DNA of 64,000 bases from Anthoceros angustus (lineage: Eukaryota > Plantae > Anthocerotophyta). The position numbers were made by a program, and so were the translations under genes. The notes below the pieces were generated by a model, which saw nothing but the letters and a program-made list of their open reading frames with translations, was not told where the DNA came from and searched no databases. Shown here piece by piece: positions 49,544 to 62,547 of the stretch. The stretch spans positions 124,001 through 188,000 of the forward strand of contig MU008154.1 of assembly GCA_010909165.1 (NCBI GenBank). The letters run 5' to 3'. Within the stretch, counting starts at the first letter, position 1; each line of letters begins with the position of its first letter.

Positions 49544-50881
49544 TCACTTGGGGAGGGAGGCAAAACTGGGCTCGTAGGCCCCGAAGAGCGCGATTCTGGG
49601 GTCTCGCTCGTACACGCCCACCGGGAGAGTGTGCCAGGTGATGTCGTCCTTGTCCGACACCACGTTGTCGTACACCAGGAGCTTGCAGAAGGGCGGGTTG
49701 CTGTGCTCCAAGGTGATGCACAGGCGGCCGTCCTGGGTGGCGATGGCGTCGCGGAGCACCACCAGCGGGCACCCGTCCTGGTGAGCCGGGCAGTGCATTT
49801 CCGGGAACCTGCGCACCACCTTCCACTGCGCGTCGGGGGGGTCCAGGTCCAGGTCCAGGGCCAGCAGGAAGAAGGAGCGGAGGGCGTGCGCGGCGATGCC
49901 GTACAGCTTGCCCCCGCACTCCACGATCTTGGCGAACCAGGAGAAGCCGTCGGGCGGGGGGACGGGGTCGGGGCACCACTCCTCCGCCTCGGGGTCGTAC
50001 AGCGCCACCACGTCCTGGTTGGTGGCTTGGTGGCGGAGGAAGAAATGGAGCCGGCGCTCCAGCACCGCGAAGCCGCAGATGTTGTGGTACGCCGGGGGGA
50101 GCTTCACCTGGTACCACGAGTGGCTCGCCTTCCAGCTCAGGTAGACGTAGGCGGTGAAGGACTCCACGGCCGCGTCCACCTCCTCTTCCGTCCACCCCGC
50201 CACGCACGCCGCGAAGGAAGCCGTGTTGGGCTCCTGCGCATCCGCCGGATCCTTGGAACCCTGTGGAGCATCTGCATCATGTGCACAGTCCTGCGAATCC
50301 TGCACCTGGAGCCACACGATGTGCACCACCGAGACGCTCAAGGGCGGGAGCTGGGTCCTGCACTGCGTCAGAGGGTTCCCGATGAGCAGCCGCACCTCCT
50401 GACGGTGCCCTGCTCCCGCGTCCAGGTCCCAGGCCGCGTCGAAGCCGCAGAGGAAGCCCCTGGCGCCCGCCACCCGCTCGTTGCCCAGGGGTGGAGGAGG
50501 CAGGCGCTGCTCCAAGGCTGTCTCCACGTCGTAGCCGCGGAATGCGGCGTCGCTGCGCTGCACCAGGGGGAAGAAGACGGCCCACGGCACCTTCCGCGTC
50601 TGGAGCTGCACCACATTCCGGAAGCTGGGGCTGTACCACATGGAGTTCCAGGCGCGGCACACGCAGCGGGCCCTCGCCACGTCCGGGAGCGGGAGGCCTG
50701 CGAGGATCAGCGCCCACAGCTCCTCCGGGAGCCTGCCTGCCCATTCTCCCGCCGCTTTCACCAGGCCTGCTTTCCCAGCTTCATCTGCCTCCACCTCGGT
50801 CGGTAGCATGATGCCGAGCTCCTCCTGCCGCTGCTGCTGCGAACAACGAGCCACAGAAATTGCACTTGCTGCGGACGACAT
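49544..50881 (-). CDS. F-box protein with a probable beta-propeller/FBA-type C-terminus, single exon
   Basis: F-box LPEELWALILAGLPLPDVARARCVCRAWNSM, followed by the typical GFLCG...LIGNPLTQCRTQLPPL segment. The start may instead be the second Met (MLPTEV). Confidence 0.85.
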   Translation of the reverse strand: MSSAASAISVARCSQQQRQEELGIMLPTEVEADEAGKAGLVKAAGEWAGRLPEELWALILAGLPLPDVARARCVCRAWNSMWYSPSFRNVVQLQTRKVPWAVFFPLVQRSDAAFRGYDVETALEQRLPPPPLGNERVAGARGFLCGFDAAWDLDAGAGHRQEVRLLIGNPLTQCRTQLPPLSVSVVHIVWLQVQDSQDCAHDADAPQGSKDPADAQEPNTASFAACVAGWTEEEVDAAVESFTAYVYLSWKASHSWYQVKLPPAYHNICGFAVLERRLHFFLRHQATNQDVVALYDPEAEEWCPDPVPPPDGFSWFAKIVECGGKLYGIAAHALRSFFLLALDLDLDPPDAQWKVVRRFPEMHCPAHQDGCPLVVLRDAIATQDGRLCITLEHSNPPFCKLLVYDNVVSDKDDITWHTLPVGVYERDPRIALFGAYEPSFASLPK

Positions 50882-51225
50882 TCCGCTTCAACAATGCGCG
50901 CGGCGCGCACCCGCAGTGGCAGCTGGGAGGGAAGTATTGGGCTTTGGCCGAACACGTATCATCCATCGCCCAAGTCCCTCACGCCGCCTGGGTGCGACAC
51001 CTGTTGCAAGTCAGATTGTCTTGTCACCACCTAATACTACACAGCTTTGAGAACACCACCTGTAACGGGCAGGGACTGTGAGCGGTTAGCGAAACCGAAA
51101 CGACTCTTCTGAGCTGGTGCTTGATAGGTACGTGGCTCAACATCGAGGCCTATCGATATCTTATCCTCTCTGCAAGCTGGGGTACATAGCTCCACCGATG
51201 ACAAAAAGGTGTTGCCCAAGGCTGT

Positions 51226-52750
51226 TCAAGTCCGCAGTGGGAGCTTACTAAACGCAGCATGAATCCGCGCATCTGGAGTGCTTCTATAGTTCTCATAATA
51301 ATCAAGAATGTCCATAGTAATGTCTTTCACCTGCCAAAGTGGGGAACACAAAAAGTCAAGGTTGGCGACAGGACGCCAACTCTGTAAGCGAAGCCAAAAA
51401 CCCGAAAACACGCACCACATTCATATCCACGCGCAATTCCTCAAACCACGTTCGAGTGTCCCTGTCCTTCATGACGCAGGCGAGTAAAATGCATGCCAGC
51501 GCGATCATATGTGGCGGGTAGATTAGAATCAGGTCCGTTCTGTACGAGTCATTTACGAGAGACCTACAAAGACGAGGCAGTTTAGCCAAGATGGTTTTAC
51601 ACGTGGGCTGGGCTATAAACACCTACATTCCAAAACGGCAACAAGAATCCTCACCAGCACTGTTGGGTGAGATCTGTCAAGCCCGCGTCTCTCAGCATCC
51701 TGCAGGTTGGACACACTAGTCAGCACAGGAAATTTCTATTTTGCAACGAGTGACTGCAGCAGTGTTACAGGACTTACAACACAAGGGGACGATATGGATG
51801 ATATATCACAAGGTAGAAGTCCAGGGCTTCCAGCAGCCTCATTTCCATTTCCAGAACGTCCTTGATTTCAAACCGGAATCCTTTGTCGTCTGGAGCTACT
51901 CCTGCTTAAGTCGGATCAGTTACCCGCCACAATCTTCCTACTCCGGGTTCGTCCACACACACAAACAGAACGAAAAAAAACTACACGGCAGACCCAACAT
52001 GGATGACAGGCAAGACACTTACGGATCTTTTTCATGTAGAAAACCAAAAGTTTCGCCTGTATAGTACTTTCTTCAGCCTTCGATGCTAAATACAGGCATG
52101 TTGGTGCCACCAATCTAGGATCCAACTCTGAAAAACACTTCCTGCCATGACCCACAATCCCATGCTTAACCTTGCTTCATTCATCACGCGCTGATTCAAG
52201 ACTTGCACAACAAGACTTTACCTTGTGTACACACGTCTGAAGTAGGCAACTGCTGTCGCTACAACTCTGCCGACAAAAGGTTGCAACAAGACCACATTCA
52301 GAACTTACAAACCTCGATATGAGGATGAACACACGGGGTGTAATAGACCAAACAGCCTCACCGCTGCCTTACTTTGGCTTGCGTTGCTAGTTGCCTAATA
52401 TCTGCGATCAAATGCCAAAACCGCAGACTATACTTTAGCATGTGGGAGGTCATAGGAAGTAGCACAACAGCATGAAGTACATCTCCGGCAATGCCCTGGC
52501 ATACTGACAGCACGATAAGTGGATTTTGATCAGCTTCACATCCTCTGGCGTCAGACCGCGTTCTTGGTCGGCAGGCAAAACTTTGCCAACTTCATCCCGA
52601 TCCATGAGCATTTTGCTGTGACACAAGCAAGAAGTCGGAATTCTGAAGATTAAAACCTAAACTCTTGAGAACCTACAACAGCCTTTTGGCCACCAGGTTC
52701 ACAAATTGGACAGCTCACCAGTGTGAGGAGGTCCAGTAATTTGCCGCCAT
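51226..52750 (-). CDS. CYCC: Cyclin C (Mediator CDK8 module), 9 exons
   Basis: MAANYWTSSH, KVRQRVVATAVAYFRRVY, DPRLVAPTCLYLASKAEES, ILEMEM-like VLEMEMRLLEALDFYLVIYHPYRPL, NDSYRTDLILIYPPHMIALAC, WFEELRVDM. GT-AG introns traced. Confidence 0.95.
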
Positions 52751-55403
52751 TCAGCCGCACTGTCACGCTCCTGCCAGTGCCCAGCTTGGTATCATAAAAC
52801 TTAAATTTCCCCTGGGAGCACCCGCGTCCGACTTCTTACAGGTCCGCAGCTACTAGCAAGGCAATAAAACCCTAGACACGGCCAGAACCAACAAACCACA
52901 CACTTAAAAGCCTGAAGGTAACGAAAAGAAGAAGTCCAGGCACACGCAGACTAGCAGACAGCCAGACACCAGGCAGACTCCCGATTGAAGTAAGGAAAAG
53001 CCCGCCGTCGCACCATCGCTCAACTAGGAGCTTGCATGGCGGGCTGTCATCATAGTGCTGCGTGACACCATCCCTCTGCCGCCAGACTGGTGGGCATCCA
53101 GCACGCATAACATGCACGCATCGAACGCACAACCAAGCAGCAGCACGGACAACCTCCTCCTCCTCCAATCGGAATCAACCGAGGAAGAAAAGAAGGCGAG
53201 GGACAGTAACAACACTCCGATAAGATCAAGTAGTGTGACTTGGAAGTGTTCACCGATCCGTTTATAGGCAGAACGCTAGGGCTACTGTTCGGAAAGAAAA
53301 GTTTATATCAATGTACCCCTAGTTTCAGGTTTTCACCATCCGCTCACCTGCAGTAGCGAACCCGAGAGCTTATCCGGTAGAGAATCCATTCCAAGTCAAT
53401 AATCATATATGGCATCAAACCTGACACAAAGCTCTTCCAACTAATGAAGCTAAGTTTGAAAATAATAGATGAGGATAAAAGAAGAAATTAATAATAGTCA
53501 AAAATTATAGTAAATAGTAAATAAATATAATATATATTAATCCCAAGATGTGGTAACCAAGTGTGTATATTATAATGGCATTAAGACAAGGTTCACCACC
53601 AATGATATTGCCTTGTTATGGTCGGATATCTTAGCAAGTGGACTGAAATTTCTAAGGAAGACCTTTGTAGCATTTCTTTACTAATGCTCTCTCCAAATTT
53701 GGGACATGTGTTGATGTCGTTACAGACCACGGCTTTTAGTTTCGTGGTGCCTTTCAACAACTCATGAACAAGGTATTTTCGCTTCAATCTAATATTTAAA
53801 TATTTTTGAAATACAATCTAAAAAATCTTACTTAAATTTAGCTCCCAGCTTAGGCTCCTCATTTGCGTTTGTCTCCAAGTCTTTCAGCCACGTAATCAAC
53901 TTGTTATGCCACTGGTATGTATGTTCGTTTTTCTAATGGGGCTTCTTGTTATGAACTTGGTAGGTATGTTTCTTTTTTCTAATGGAGCTTTGTCTTCGTG
54001 ATAGTAATCAACTTGCTATGCCACTCGTAGGTATATTCTTTTTTCTAACGTGGCTTCCTCTCCATGGTTTAGGGTCAAGTATGATTGGAACGAAAGATAT
54101 TGCATAATAACATGGGCAATATGCATGAAGACATGCTTTGTCACATAGTGATCATCGGCTCAGCGAATCCATCAACACAATTACTCAATCAAACAAGAGG
54201 CCAAGGAGGGCAAGGTACAATCGAGAATGTACCCAATCTCCTCGTCACTAATGAAACATTCTTGAGAGTTAACTATTAGTTACAATTAAATCTCAATACA
54301 TGAAGACTACTATCCAAAAAATTTTTGCTTTTTTGTGAGTGAACAAACACCAATTAAAATCCCTAGTTATTTTTGAAAATAATAATAATAATATAAATAA
54401 TTAAAATGATATCTAAGAAACTTGAGATTTATCTTCCGTAAAACAAGATCTAGATGACTAAACATTATATATCTTTCTTGGATAATTCATTATAAGATCT
54501 CAATGATAAGATGATATGATTCATGTGGACAAAACTAGTAGGCCAGTCTTTATATCATAGGCTCCAACTATGTCACGTTTTCCTCTATTCTCTTCCATGC
54601 AGAACAAAGGATTAGGTTCATATGCGAAAAAAGAAGTCTATTATAGTTCATTTGGATGAAATTTTTTATACATGGTTTGTATTATATACATAGAATATCC
54701 GCGAGGCCCTTATAGGAAAGTGTTGGCTTTGGGTGCGGGTGCGGGTGCGGCCGGCCACATGGTCGCGGAATGTAGGACCTAGTTTAGCCAAATACTGTAC
54801 ATATGTGAGTAGGTATGCGGGAGTCGGGACTACAGAAAGGGTGAAACGGCCACGTAAAAAAGCGTTCCGAATTTCCCGTCTTGTAAGACAGGACAGCAAC
54901 ATCACGTGCGAGGTCAAGCAGGCAGTAGAAACCGACGGCGTTCGAGCGAGCGCAAGTGGTGGCCATGGCAAGCGCAATTGGTGTGCCTAGCGTGTTTCAC
55001 CATGTACGAGGCCGCGCAATGCCCTAGATCTCGGCGTCACCTCCGGTGCTGGAAGGGAGGCCTGCATTTGCAGAGCCATGCTCTGCCTAGTCGCAAGCAG
55101 GTGCTGCGGATGAGCCTTTCTGGAGCGTGGGAAATAATCTGCCCCGGCAGCACGTGATCGAGCTGGAGGCGAGCAGGAGGTGCGCAGACTGCTGAAGGTG
55201 AGCAGGGATTGCGGTTTTGTTGGTGGAGAAGCGTTGCGTGGCCTGGTTTGGGGGAGCTAGGGACCGGGAAGAAAGTACGGTTGGAGTCGTGGTTGTGTTT
55301 GCACTCTTGACCTAGCTCTGTGGTGTGTATGCTGCCCGGGTGGCTGCGGAGCTCGCTGACAGTTTGCTCCTGGCTGCAGAGCTGTGATCCGGAGTTGAGG
55401 GGA

Positions 55404-56513
55404 ATGGGGCGAGTTACTGCGCCGTTTCTGGTGGTGGTGGCCTTTGCGGTCTTTGTGGCGACCTACAACACCGTGAGCATGATCTCGAACTACTATCAGC
55501 ACGCCGTGGTGGAGTCTGACGACGGGGATGTGAGGTCGGGGAGGAGGATGAATTCCTTTTTTGACCCGGTGGTGAAGATCCCGGAGAACATATTGAATGC
55601 TGGTAAGAAGAAGCGGTTGTTTCATGTGGCTGTGACGGCCAATGACTCTCCTTATAACCGATGGCAGTGTCGGATCATGTATTACTGGTACAAGAAGTTC
55701 AAGGATCATCCGGACTCTGAAATGGGAGGCTTTACGAGGATACTGCATGATGGAAGGCCCGACACGGTTATGGACGAGATCCCCACGGTTGTGGTAGACC
55801 CTCTTCCTGCGGGGGAGGACAGAGGGTATGTGGTGCTCAACAGGCCGTGGGCGTTTGTCCAGTGGCTCGAGCAGTATCGTATTGAGGAAGAGTATATCTT
55901 GATGGCCGAGCCTGACCACATCTTTGTTAGGCCTTTGCCGAATCTGGCTACAGATGAGATGCCTGCTGCTTTTCCCTTTTTCTACATTGCACCGGAGAAG
56001 AATGAGGAGGTTCTGCGCAAGTTTTTCCCGAAGTCTAGAGGCTCTATCACTAAGATAGACCCCATTGGTAACTCCCCTGTTATCATCAAGAAGAGTCAGC
56101 TGCAGAAGATTGCTCCTACCTGGCAGAATGTGTCCATGGCCATGAAGGATGACAAGGAAGCAGACAAGGTCTTTGGGTGGGTTTTGGAGATGTACGGGTA
56201 TGCAACCGCTTCTGCCCTGCATGATGTGTCCCATATTTTGCGAAAGGATTTCATGCTGCAGCCCCCTTGGGATACCGAGCTTGGTGAGGCATACATCATC
56301 CACTATACGTATGGCTGTGACTACGACCTGAAGGGCAAGCTCACCTACGGAACGATTGGAGAGTGGCGATTTGACAAGCGTTCCTTTACTGGCGGTGCTC
56401 CCCCCAAGAACCTGCCTCTGCCACCGCCGGGAGTTCCTGAGACTGTGGTAACTCTTGTCCGGGCGGTGAATGAAGCAACAGCTAATATTCCAGGCTGGCA
56501 GGAAGGAGCATGA
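55404..56513 (+). CDS. HPAT: Hydroxyproline O-arabinosyltransferase (HPAT/RDN1/NOD3, GT95), CDS uninterrupted
   Basis: N-terminal signal anchor; FHVAVTANDSPYNRWQCRIMYYWY, MGGFTRILH, YVVLNRPWAFVQWL, EEYILMAEPDH, IGNSPVII, FGWVLEMYGYA, IHYTYGCDY, WRFDKRSF. Probable 5'-UTR intron: GTGAG at ~55198, CTGCAG at 55379. Confidence 0.95.
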   Translation: MGRVTAPFLVVVAFAVFVATYNTVSMISNYYQHAVVESDDGDVRSGRRMNSFFDPVVKIPENILNAGKKKRLFHVAVTANDSPYNRWQCRIMYYWYKKFKDHPDSEMGGFTRILHDGRPDTVMDEIPTVVVDPLPAGEDRGYVVLNRPWAFVQWLEQYRIEEEYILMAEPDHIFVRPLPNLATDEMPAAFPFFYIAPEKNEEVLRKFFPKSRGSITKIDPIGNSPVIIKKSQLQKIAPTWQNVSMAMKDDKEADKVFGWVLEMYGYATASALHDVSHILRKDFMLQPPWDTELGEAYIIHYTYGCDYDLKGKLTYGTIGEWRFDKRSFTGGAPPKNLPLPPPGVPETVVTLVRAVNEATANIPGWQEGA

Positions 56514-58082
56514 TATGTGGCTTCTGCCTAAATATGGTGAGCTCCCTGCTCGTTGAGACTCCGAAGCAAGTGAGCCTCCGCAAGCTCATCGGAGCCAGAG
56601 GGGATAACACCTTTTCCAGGACTTTGCTCACTGACGAAATTGATGGGTCCCTTAAAAGGTCCTGAAGATTTTGAAAATGCTGGTGTTGCTATCAAATTGC
56701 TCTTAACGAGAGGTTGCAAGGTTGGGCCCTGTGGTTCTGTCGTATAGGCAGGTACTTCTCGGTTTGACATCCTCTCCTTTGTACCAACAAGCTTATTAAG
56801 CTCTTTGAGCATTCTAGATATGATTCCAGGAGGCTGCTTGATGTACATACAAGAACTTTTAAGACCCCGCAATTGATTGTCGGAGACCTAAACGCCTTCC
56901 TGCATGTGTAAGCAGGAAAAGTTCAGCTCCATGATCTCTACCATCCTCCTTGATCTCTAGCAACACCTGGAGAGTGCCCGTTCTAATGCTGCCACACATA
57001 GAAGTCCAGGCCCTTTTCCACGTCCTAAAGTGGGCGGGACTTCAAGGCTGTAGGACTTTGTTTTAGTGTCTAGATCCATGGCATGGGCAGGTAAAGTTAC
57101 ATCACCAGCCGTTCTGGCTTCGGCAATCTCACTCGATCATTCCGCGACACTTCAATGTCACTCTGGCCCATTTCTTTGTCTTGATGGGTCAGAAGGTATC
57201 CGAGGAAAGGCCACAATACCCGCTCAAACCAAGAACCGCAGGGCGCAGGCATCCGCGAACCTCCCTTAGTGACTCGGGAACTCGGGACGTTCTCGTGGTC
57301 CGCGATGGCAGCTTGCAGGTAAAATATGGATCCTTCATGTCTGCAACCAACCCATTGGAGGCCAATACTCCAAATACCTTCAATATAATCAAGTCATTCC
57401 AAGACATTCTAGGCAATGGGGCACGATTTCCTCACTGACAATTTTCTGGCCGAGCTACCTACTCTTCATTGGTTCCGAAATCATGTGGTCCACGTGGGCC
57501 GACGTCATGCTTTTGATGTCGGATTAATTCTAGGTCAGTCGCTATTCGAATCGCCCCCGAGCTGTGCTACCACAGTCGTGGAGGTCGCAGAACAAACTTC
57601 GATTTTTTGCAAATCCGAGCTTACATTCAATCGCTGGCTACTGCCTTTTCCAAGTTCAGGTGAGCCCAGTCCACAAACCGTGTTCAGCATTGTTCTCCGT
57701 TGCTGCAGTTCAGACAAGGCACCTGAAAACTGTTCTCACAAGGCTGCGGAACAAATCAAGAGTATATACCTAGGCCTCATCCCCTTCTAATCCCAGAAAC
57801 TCTACTAGCACAAACTACGTTGAAGCATGTACGTCGGCCTCATCCTCTTCTAATACCAGAAACGCTACTAGCACAAACTACATTGAAGCGTAAGCATGCC
57901 ATTGGCTGGCTCACAGGAATCAGTGATGAGGCCCCGTGGTGGCCCACTTTGCTACTATTACCCTCCAGTCCTACTACCTAATGCATTAAAAACACCGGGA
58001 GCCCTGCCGAAAGCAAGATTCCATTCAGGCCACCGAGGAAATTCCATATCTCTTGCAGTGGCATCAAAGAGCGTCACTCGAA

Positions 58083-59941
58083 GCTTGCCCATCTGCCACT
58101 TAGATGACTACATCATACGGCACCTACCACCTCACCCTCAACAATACCACGGCTAACTCACTCAGACGTTAAAATACGGCAGTGAGGCCCGCGTCCTCAT
58201 ACAATGCTAGGAGCATCACCAGACCAGTAACACGTTGCTCGTTGCCATCTGGTACGGATACAATCCACAAGGGGAGCATGCTGAGCAGGCGGCTCGTTTT
58301 GCTGAACCCCGCTTTGCTCTTGGCCACCCTGTGCAGGAAGGGAATATACACTGCCCTTGAGATCTTTCTGCACTTCCACCAAAACTAGAGGTTTCTGCTC
58401 CTCCATGTGTGAATCTGGAGTCCATTTGGGAGGGACAACCACTCTCAGCTTTATCAACCTTGGTCTCGGCTGCACATCGTCACCTGCACCATTTGTGAAC
58501 GTTTTTGCCATTCCATTGAAGTGATAGAGCTCGAACTGCCTCCTTTGCAAAGCTGCAGGTGCCGCTTTTAGGCCCCCCTTGCTATTGTCTATTTGGCATA
58601 AGGCTTGCCAGACATCGTTCCACACAACGATATCACTGCTGCAAAGGTTGGCCAGCATGTCTTGAGGCATCTCAATTTTCAGATCAGTGATCACCTGCTG
58701 GAGGTCTTCAGGACTTATGTATCCTCCCCCTCCACTCTTATCATGTGCATAAAACGCTTGCCGTACCACTGATTCTCTATCCTCCAGGTCGGATTCATCT
58801 TGAACGGAGGTAGAGAAGGCAAATAGAACCGTGTAGTGGGATTCACTACCGACTACCCAGATGGGCCATTTTGGGCATTTCAGGTGCTGGCCAACTTTGC
58901 ACAGGTTTAACGACTCCATTAACGTCAGAAACCCGACCTCCACATTTGCTGGTATTCCTTTCAGATTCATGACACCTTCCAGATTCATGCTTCCATCAAA
59001 AACATGTGGTACGGCTTGCCATCTGCCACTTAGATGACTACATCATACGGCACCTACCACCTCACCCTCAACAATACCACGGCTAACTCACTCAGACGTT
59101 AAAATACGGCAGTGAGGCCCGCGTCCTCATACAATGCTAGGAGCATCACCAGACCAGTAACACGTTGCTCGTTGCCATCTGGTACGGATACAATCCACAA
59201 GGGGAGCATGCTGAGCAGGCGGCTCGTTGAACCCGCTTTGCTCTTGGCCACCCTGTGCAGGAAGGGAATATACACTGCCCTTGAGATCTTTCTGCACTTC
59301 CACCAAAACTAGAGGTTTCTGCCTCCATGTGTGAATCTGAGTCCATTTGGGAGGGACAACCACTCTCAGCTTTATCAACCTTGGTCTCGGCTGCACATCG
59401 TCACCTGCACCATTTGTGAACGTTTTTGCCATTCCATTGAAGTGATAGAGCTCGAACTGCCTCCTTTGCAAAGCTGCAGGTGCCGCTTTTAGGCCCCCCT
59501 TGCTATTGTCTATTTGGCATAAGGCTTGCCAGACATCGTTCCACACAACGATATCACTGCTGCAAAGGTTGGCCAGCATGTCTTGAGGCATCTCAATTTT
59601 CAGATCAGTGATCACCTGCTGGAGGTCTTCAGGACTTATGTATCCTCCCCCTCCACTCTTATCATGTGCATAAAACGCTTGCCGTACCACTGATTCTCTA
59701 TCCTCCAGGTCGGATTCATCTTGAACGGAGGTAGAGAAGGCAAATAGAACCGTGTAGTGGGATTCACTACCGACTACCCAGATGGGCCATTTTGGGCATT
59801 TCAGGTGCTGGCCAACTTTGCACAGGTTTAACGACTCCATTAACGTCAGAAACCCGACCTCCACATTTGCTGGTATTCCTTTCAGATTCATGACACCTTC
59901 CAGATTCATGCTTCCATCAAAAACATGTGGTACGGCTTGCC
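58083..59941. repeat. ~930-bp tandem duplication of the MINDY-3 last exon plus 3' flank
   Basis: 58083-59019 and ~59013-59941 are near identical. The junction lies in GCTTGCC microhomology. The differences I found are small indels. Confidence 0.95.
58197..59019 (-). pseudogene. Second (distal) copy of the MINDY-3 terminal exon, lacking its own splice acceptor
   Basis: Open frame NLKGIP...SESHYTVLF...WSGDAPSIV*. It begins mid-exon at the duplication junction. Confidence 0.6.
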
Positions 59942-62547
59942 CGCAGAGAAGAAGGTTCACAATTTCCTGCAGCCACAGCACACAATCAGTCATCCCACTG
60001 AAAACATCAAAAACTCAAAGAGACTGCATCGCAGCAGTGACTACCATCAAACATATCTAAAGACAGCCTAACTGTGCTGCAATGAGAGAAGAGAGACCTA
60101 ACCACATTTTCACCTCGAAGAAAGAAAGAGCTCTGAAAACGTGAATCACATTCCACACAGCAGACAACTAATTGCTTCAGTTTCAAATGACTGCACACAC
60201 AGATTCTAAAGATCAACTAATGACATTCTGATGCATGGTCACTACCACTACCTTTCTAGGACTTATACACTGCAAACTTTGCAGCAAAACTACTCACTGT
60301 CCTGAGCTGCACGCAGCCCCAGGACACAGCAGCCTCTGGGCTCTATTCTAAGCCCTCACAAATACAACAGCAAGGACAGTGAGAGGCACAAAGCCTACAC
60401 CTGTAGCACAAACAAGCGCAGTCATCGCATGATGCACTGAAATATAATCTCTTCGTCAAGGATAACACTTGAAGTCGCGATTAGAGAAAGCACTCCAGAT
60501 TTTCAAACCTGGTGCAGCAACAGTAGGACATTAGACTCGCACCTATGAAGGTTCTACAGGAATAGGCCGTTCGTTCTTACAAGTACCCCTCCTCTTCTAG
60601 GGGAAGTAAGTCCCGCAGCAGCAGGCAGCAACGACCTCAAGCCATAGGGTAGACACCAGGGATGGTAGCTTAACACATTTAGCACACCTGAGCTGCATGG
60701 CCAAAAGGTGGTGCAACCAATGGCTGCTGATCCAGCTCCTGCTCATCACGGTCAGCCTGGATGGCATCCTGCCAGTTTTTAAGAGAAGAAGAGTTACAGC
60801 AGAATGGAGTACAGACCACAACGCTGTCAGCTTCAACCAGTTCAACATTATACAGATGCTGAGACCACAAATTTGCCCGACTCCAAGAAAGTGTTCAAAG
60901 AAAAGAAAGCGCAAGTTGAGATGTTACATACCAGGCTTCTGGAGAGAAGGGCAGAAAACAAGAGGAGAAGAGCACCCATCCGACTTCGGAAAGCAGGCAG
61001 CAGTTTCTGAAGCTGTTGATGTAGAGCAGACAATGACACCACTGTGCAAACCCGTACAAACTTCTGCACCTCGGAAGGAGAGTCCAGAACTATACCATCC
61101 AAAGCATTTGCAATGGCCTGATGCAGAAGAGACACCTTTCAGTACACTCAGTAACTCTCAAACATTCAGCTATCGTAAGCCCTTCCTTGTAGTCTAAAAT
61201 GCCTCCAACTGTAAATGATCCGACAGACAGCAAAGCAATGAAGATAAACTGGCATATGTCAAGACTCTGCAGCATAAAGGACCAGTCCATGCTCAAGTCA
61301 CACCTCATCTTGTTCATCTTCCCTGGTAGAGTACTCAGAATCAAAGCCAGGAATGTCCAAGACAGCTATAACAGCCTTTTTCTTGCCTCCAGCTCGCCAC
61401 AGTGTCTCTCCCATCGCACGGACTAGTGCCCTGTAAGGAAGGTGAAAAATCGGGATGAAGAAACACAGTCATGCCACCTATTTCAGTCTGAAGTGCCCTT
61501 GCAATCATTTCTGACAGGTAACAGACAGTGAGGTCCAGAAAATACCTTGTCTGCTTCTCATCAGAAAACACAAGCCTAGGATCAACTTGTTCCTTATAGC
61601 TTTCATCCATGGCCACCGCCCCAATTTTTTTATCATGGTCACTGTGCACGATTGTGTCTGTCTCATCATCAGTGGCGAACAAGAGATACTTCAAAATAAG
61701 TGCCTGCCAGCACCACAGATCGACCATCAAACTCTGATGAAATCACCAGCACGGTGTAGGAGGAGCTGAATCTTGATTGGCACAGCATGTAACCTGTATA
61801 GGAGCAAGCACCCCACATGGGCCACCTTCTCGCTGTACCAGTCCTAATGATGTTTCTGGATCACGACTAAACCTGTCCCAAACAGTGCAAGGTGAGAAAC
61901 TTCAACCAAAGGGGTTGAAGAGTCCACACAGTGGATGCAGATATGACTGCCAAGGAGCACTTGAATCACTACCATCCCCTGCCATCCTCAGGGAAGCGGA
62001 CATCCAAGGCAGAATACCAGTACCTGAATCCTTGATTGCACCACTGAGCGAGCACCTGCGCGGACGCCCTCGTGCCAAACACCATTGTATGAAGCTGCTC
62101 TGCCACACGATTCGGCAGCTGCTGCCGCTCATCCTCGACCCTTCTCTTTCCCCTGACAGCCTTCTCCGGAGAGCTCTGCACAGCGCCTCCCATCACGGTA
62201 TCCTGCAATTCTGCTGGAGATTTCACTACGGCGCGTTCTTCCAACGCTGCGGCGACCTGCACACCGACGTCTGCGTCCCCTTTCTCCGGCGATCCAGAGG
62301 AAGAGGCGGACCGGGTCCCTAGCGCCATGATCCTTCGGCGCTCAGCAGCCGCGGCCCGGAGCTCCCGCTGAAGCTGTCGCTCTCTGATTTCATTCGACTC
62401 TGCTGACTGCGGCATGGACGCCGGTACGCCGCTGGGAGGAGACTGAAAGCCAACAAAATCCCGAGGCCGGCTCCGCTTCGCATCCGGCGCAGGTTGCAGG
62501 CTCATCCGGAACGCCCTCTGCAGCTCCTCATCATCGTGCTCCCCCAT
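59127..62547 (-). CDS. MINDY3: Ubiquitin carboxyl-terminal hydrolase MINDY-3 (FAM188A-like) with N-terminal UIM-like motif and EF-hand, ~7 exons
   Basis: MGEHDDEELQRAFRMSL (UIM-like), QWCNQGFR|F, catalytic GLVQREGGPCGVLAPIQ, GALLLLFSALLSR, PFGHAAQEIVNLLLCGQAV, WVVGSESHYTVLF (catalytic His), EF-hand-like DKSGGGGYISPEDL, and DCIRTRW. Confidence 0.93.

Noticed and set aside
49409-50806. 465-aa plus-strand ORF
   Set aside because: Antisense shadow of the high-GC F-box gene.
55257-56303. 348-aa minus-strand ORF
   Set aside because: Antisense shadow of HPAT with no domain features.
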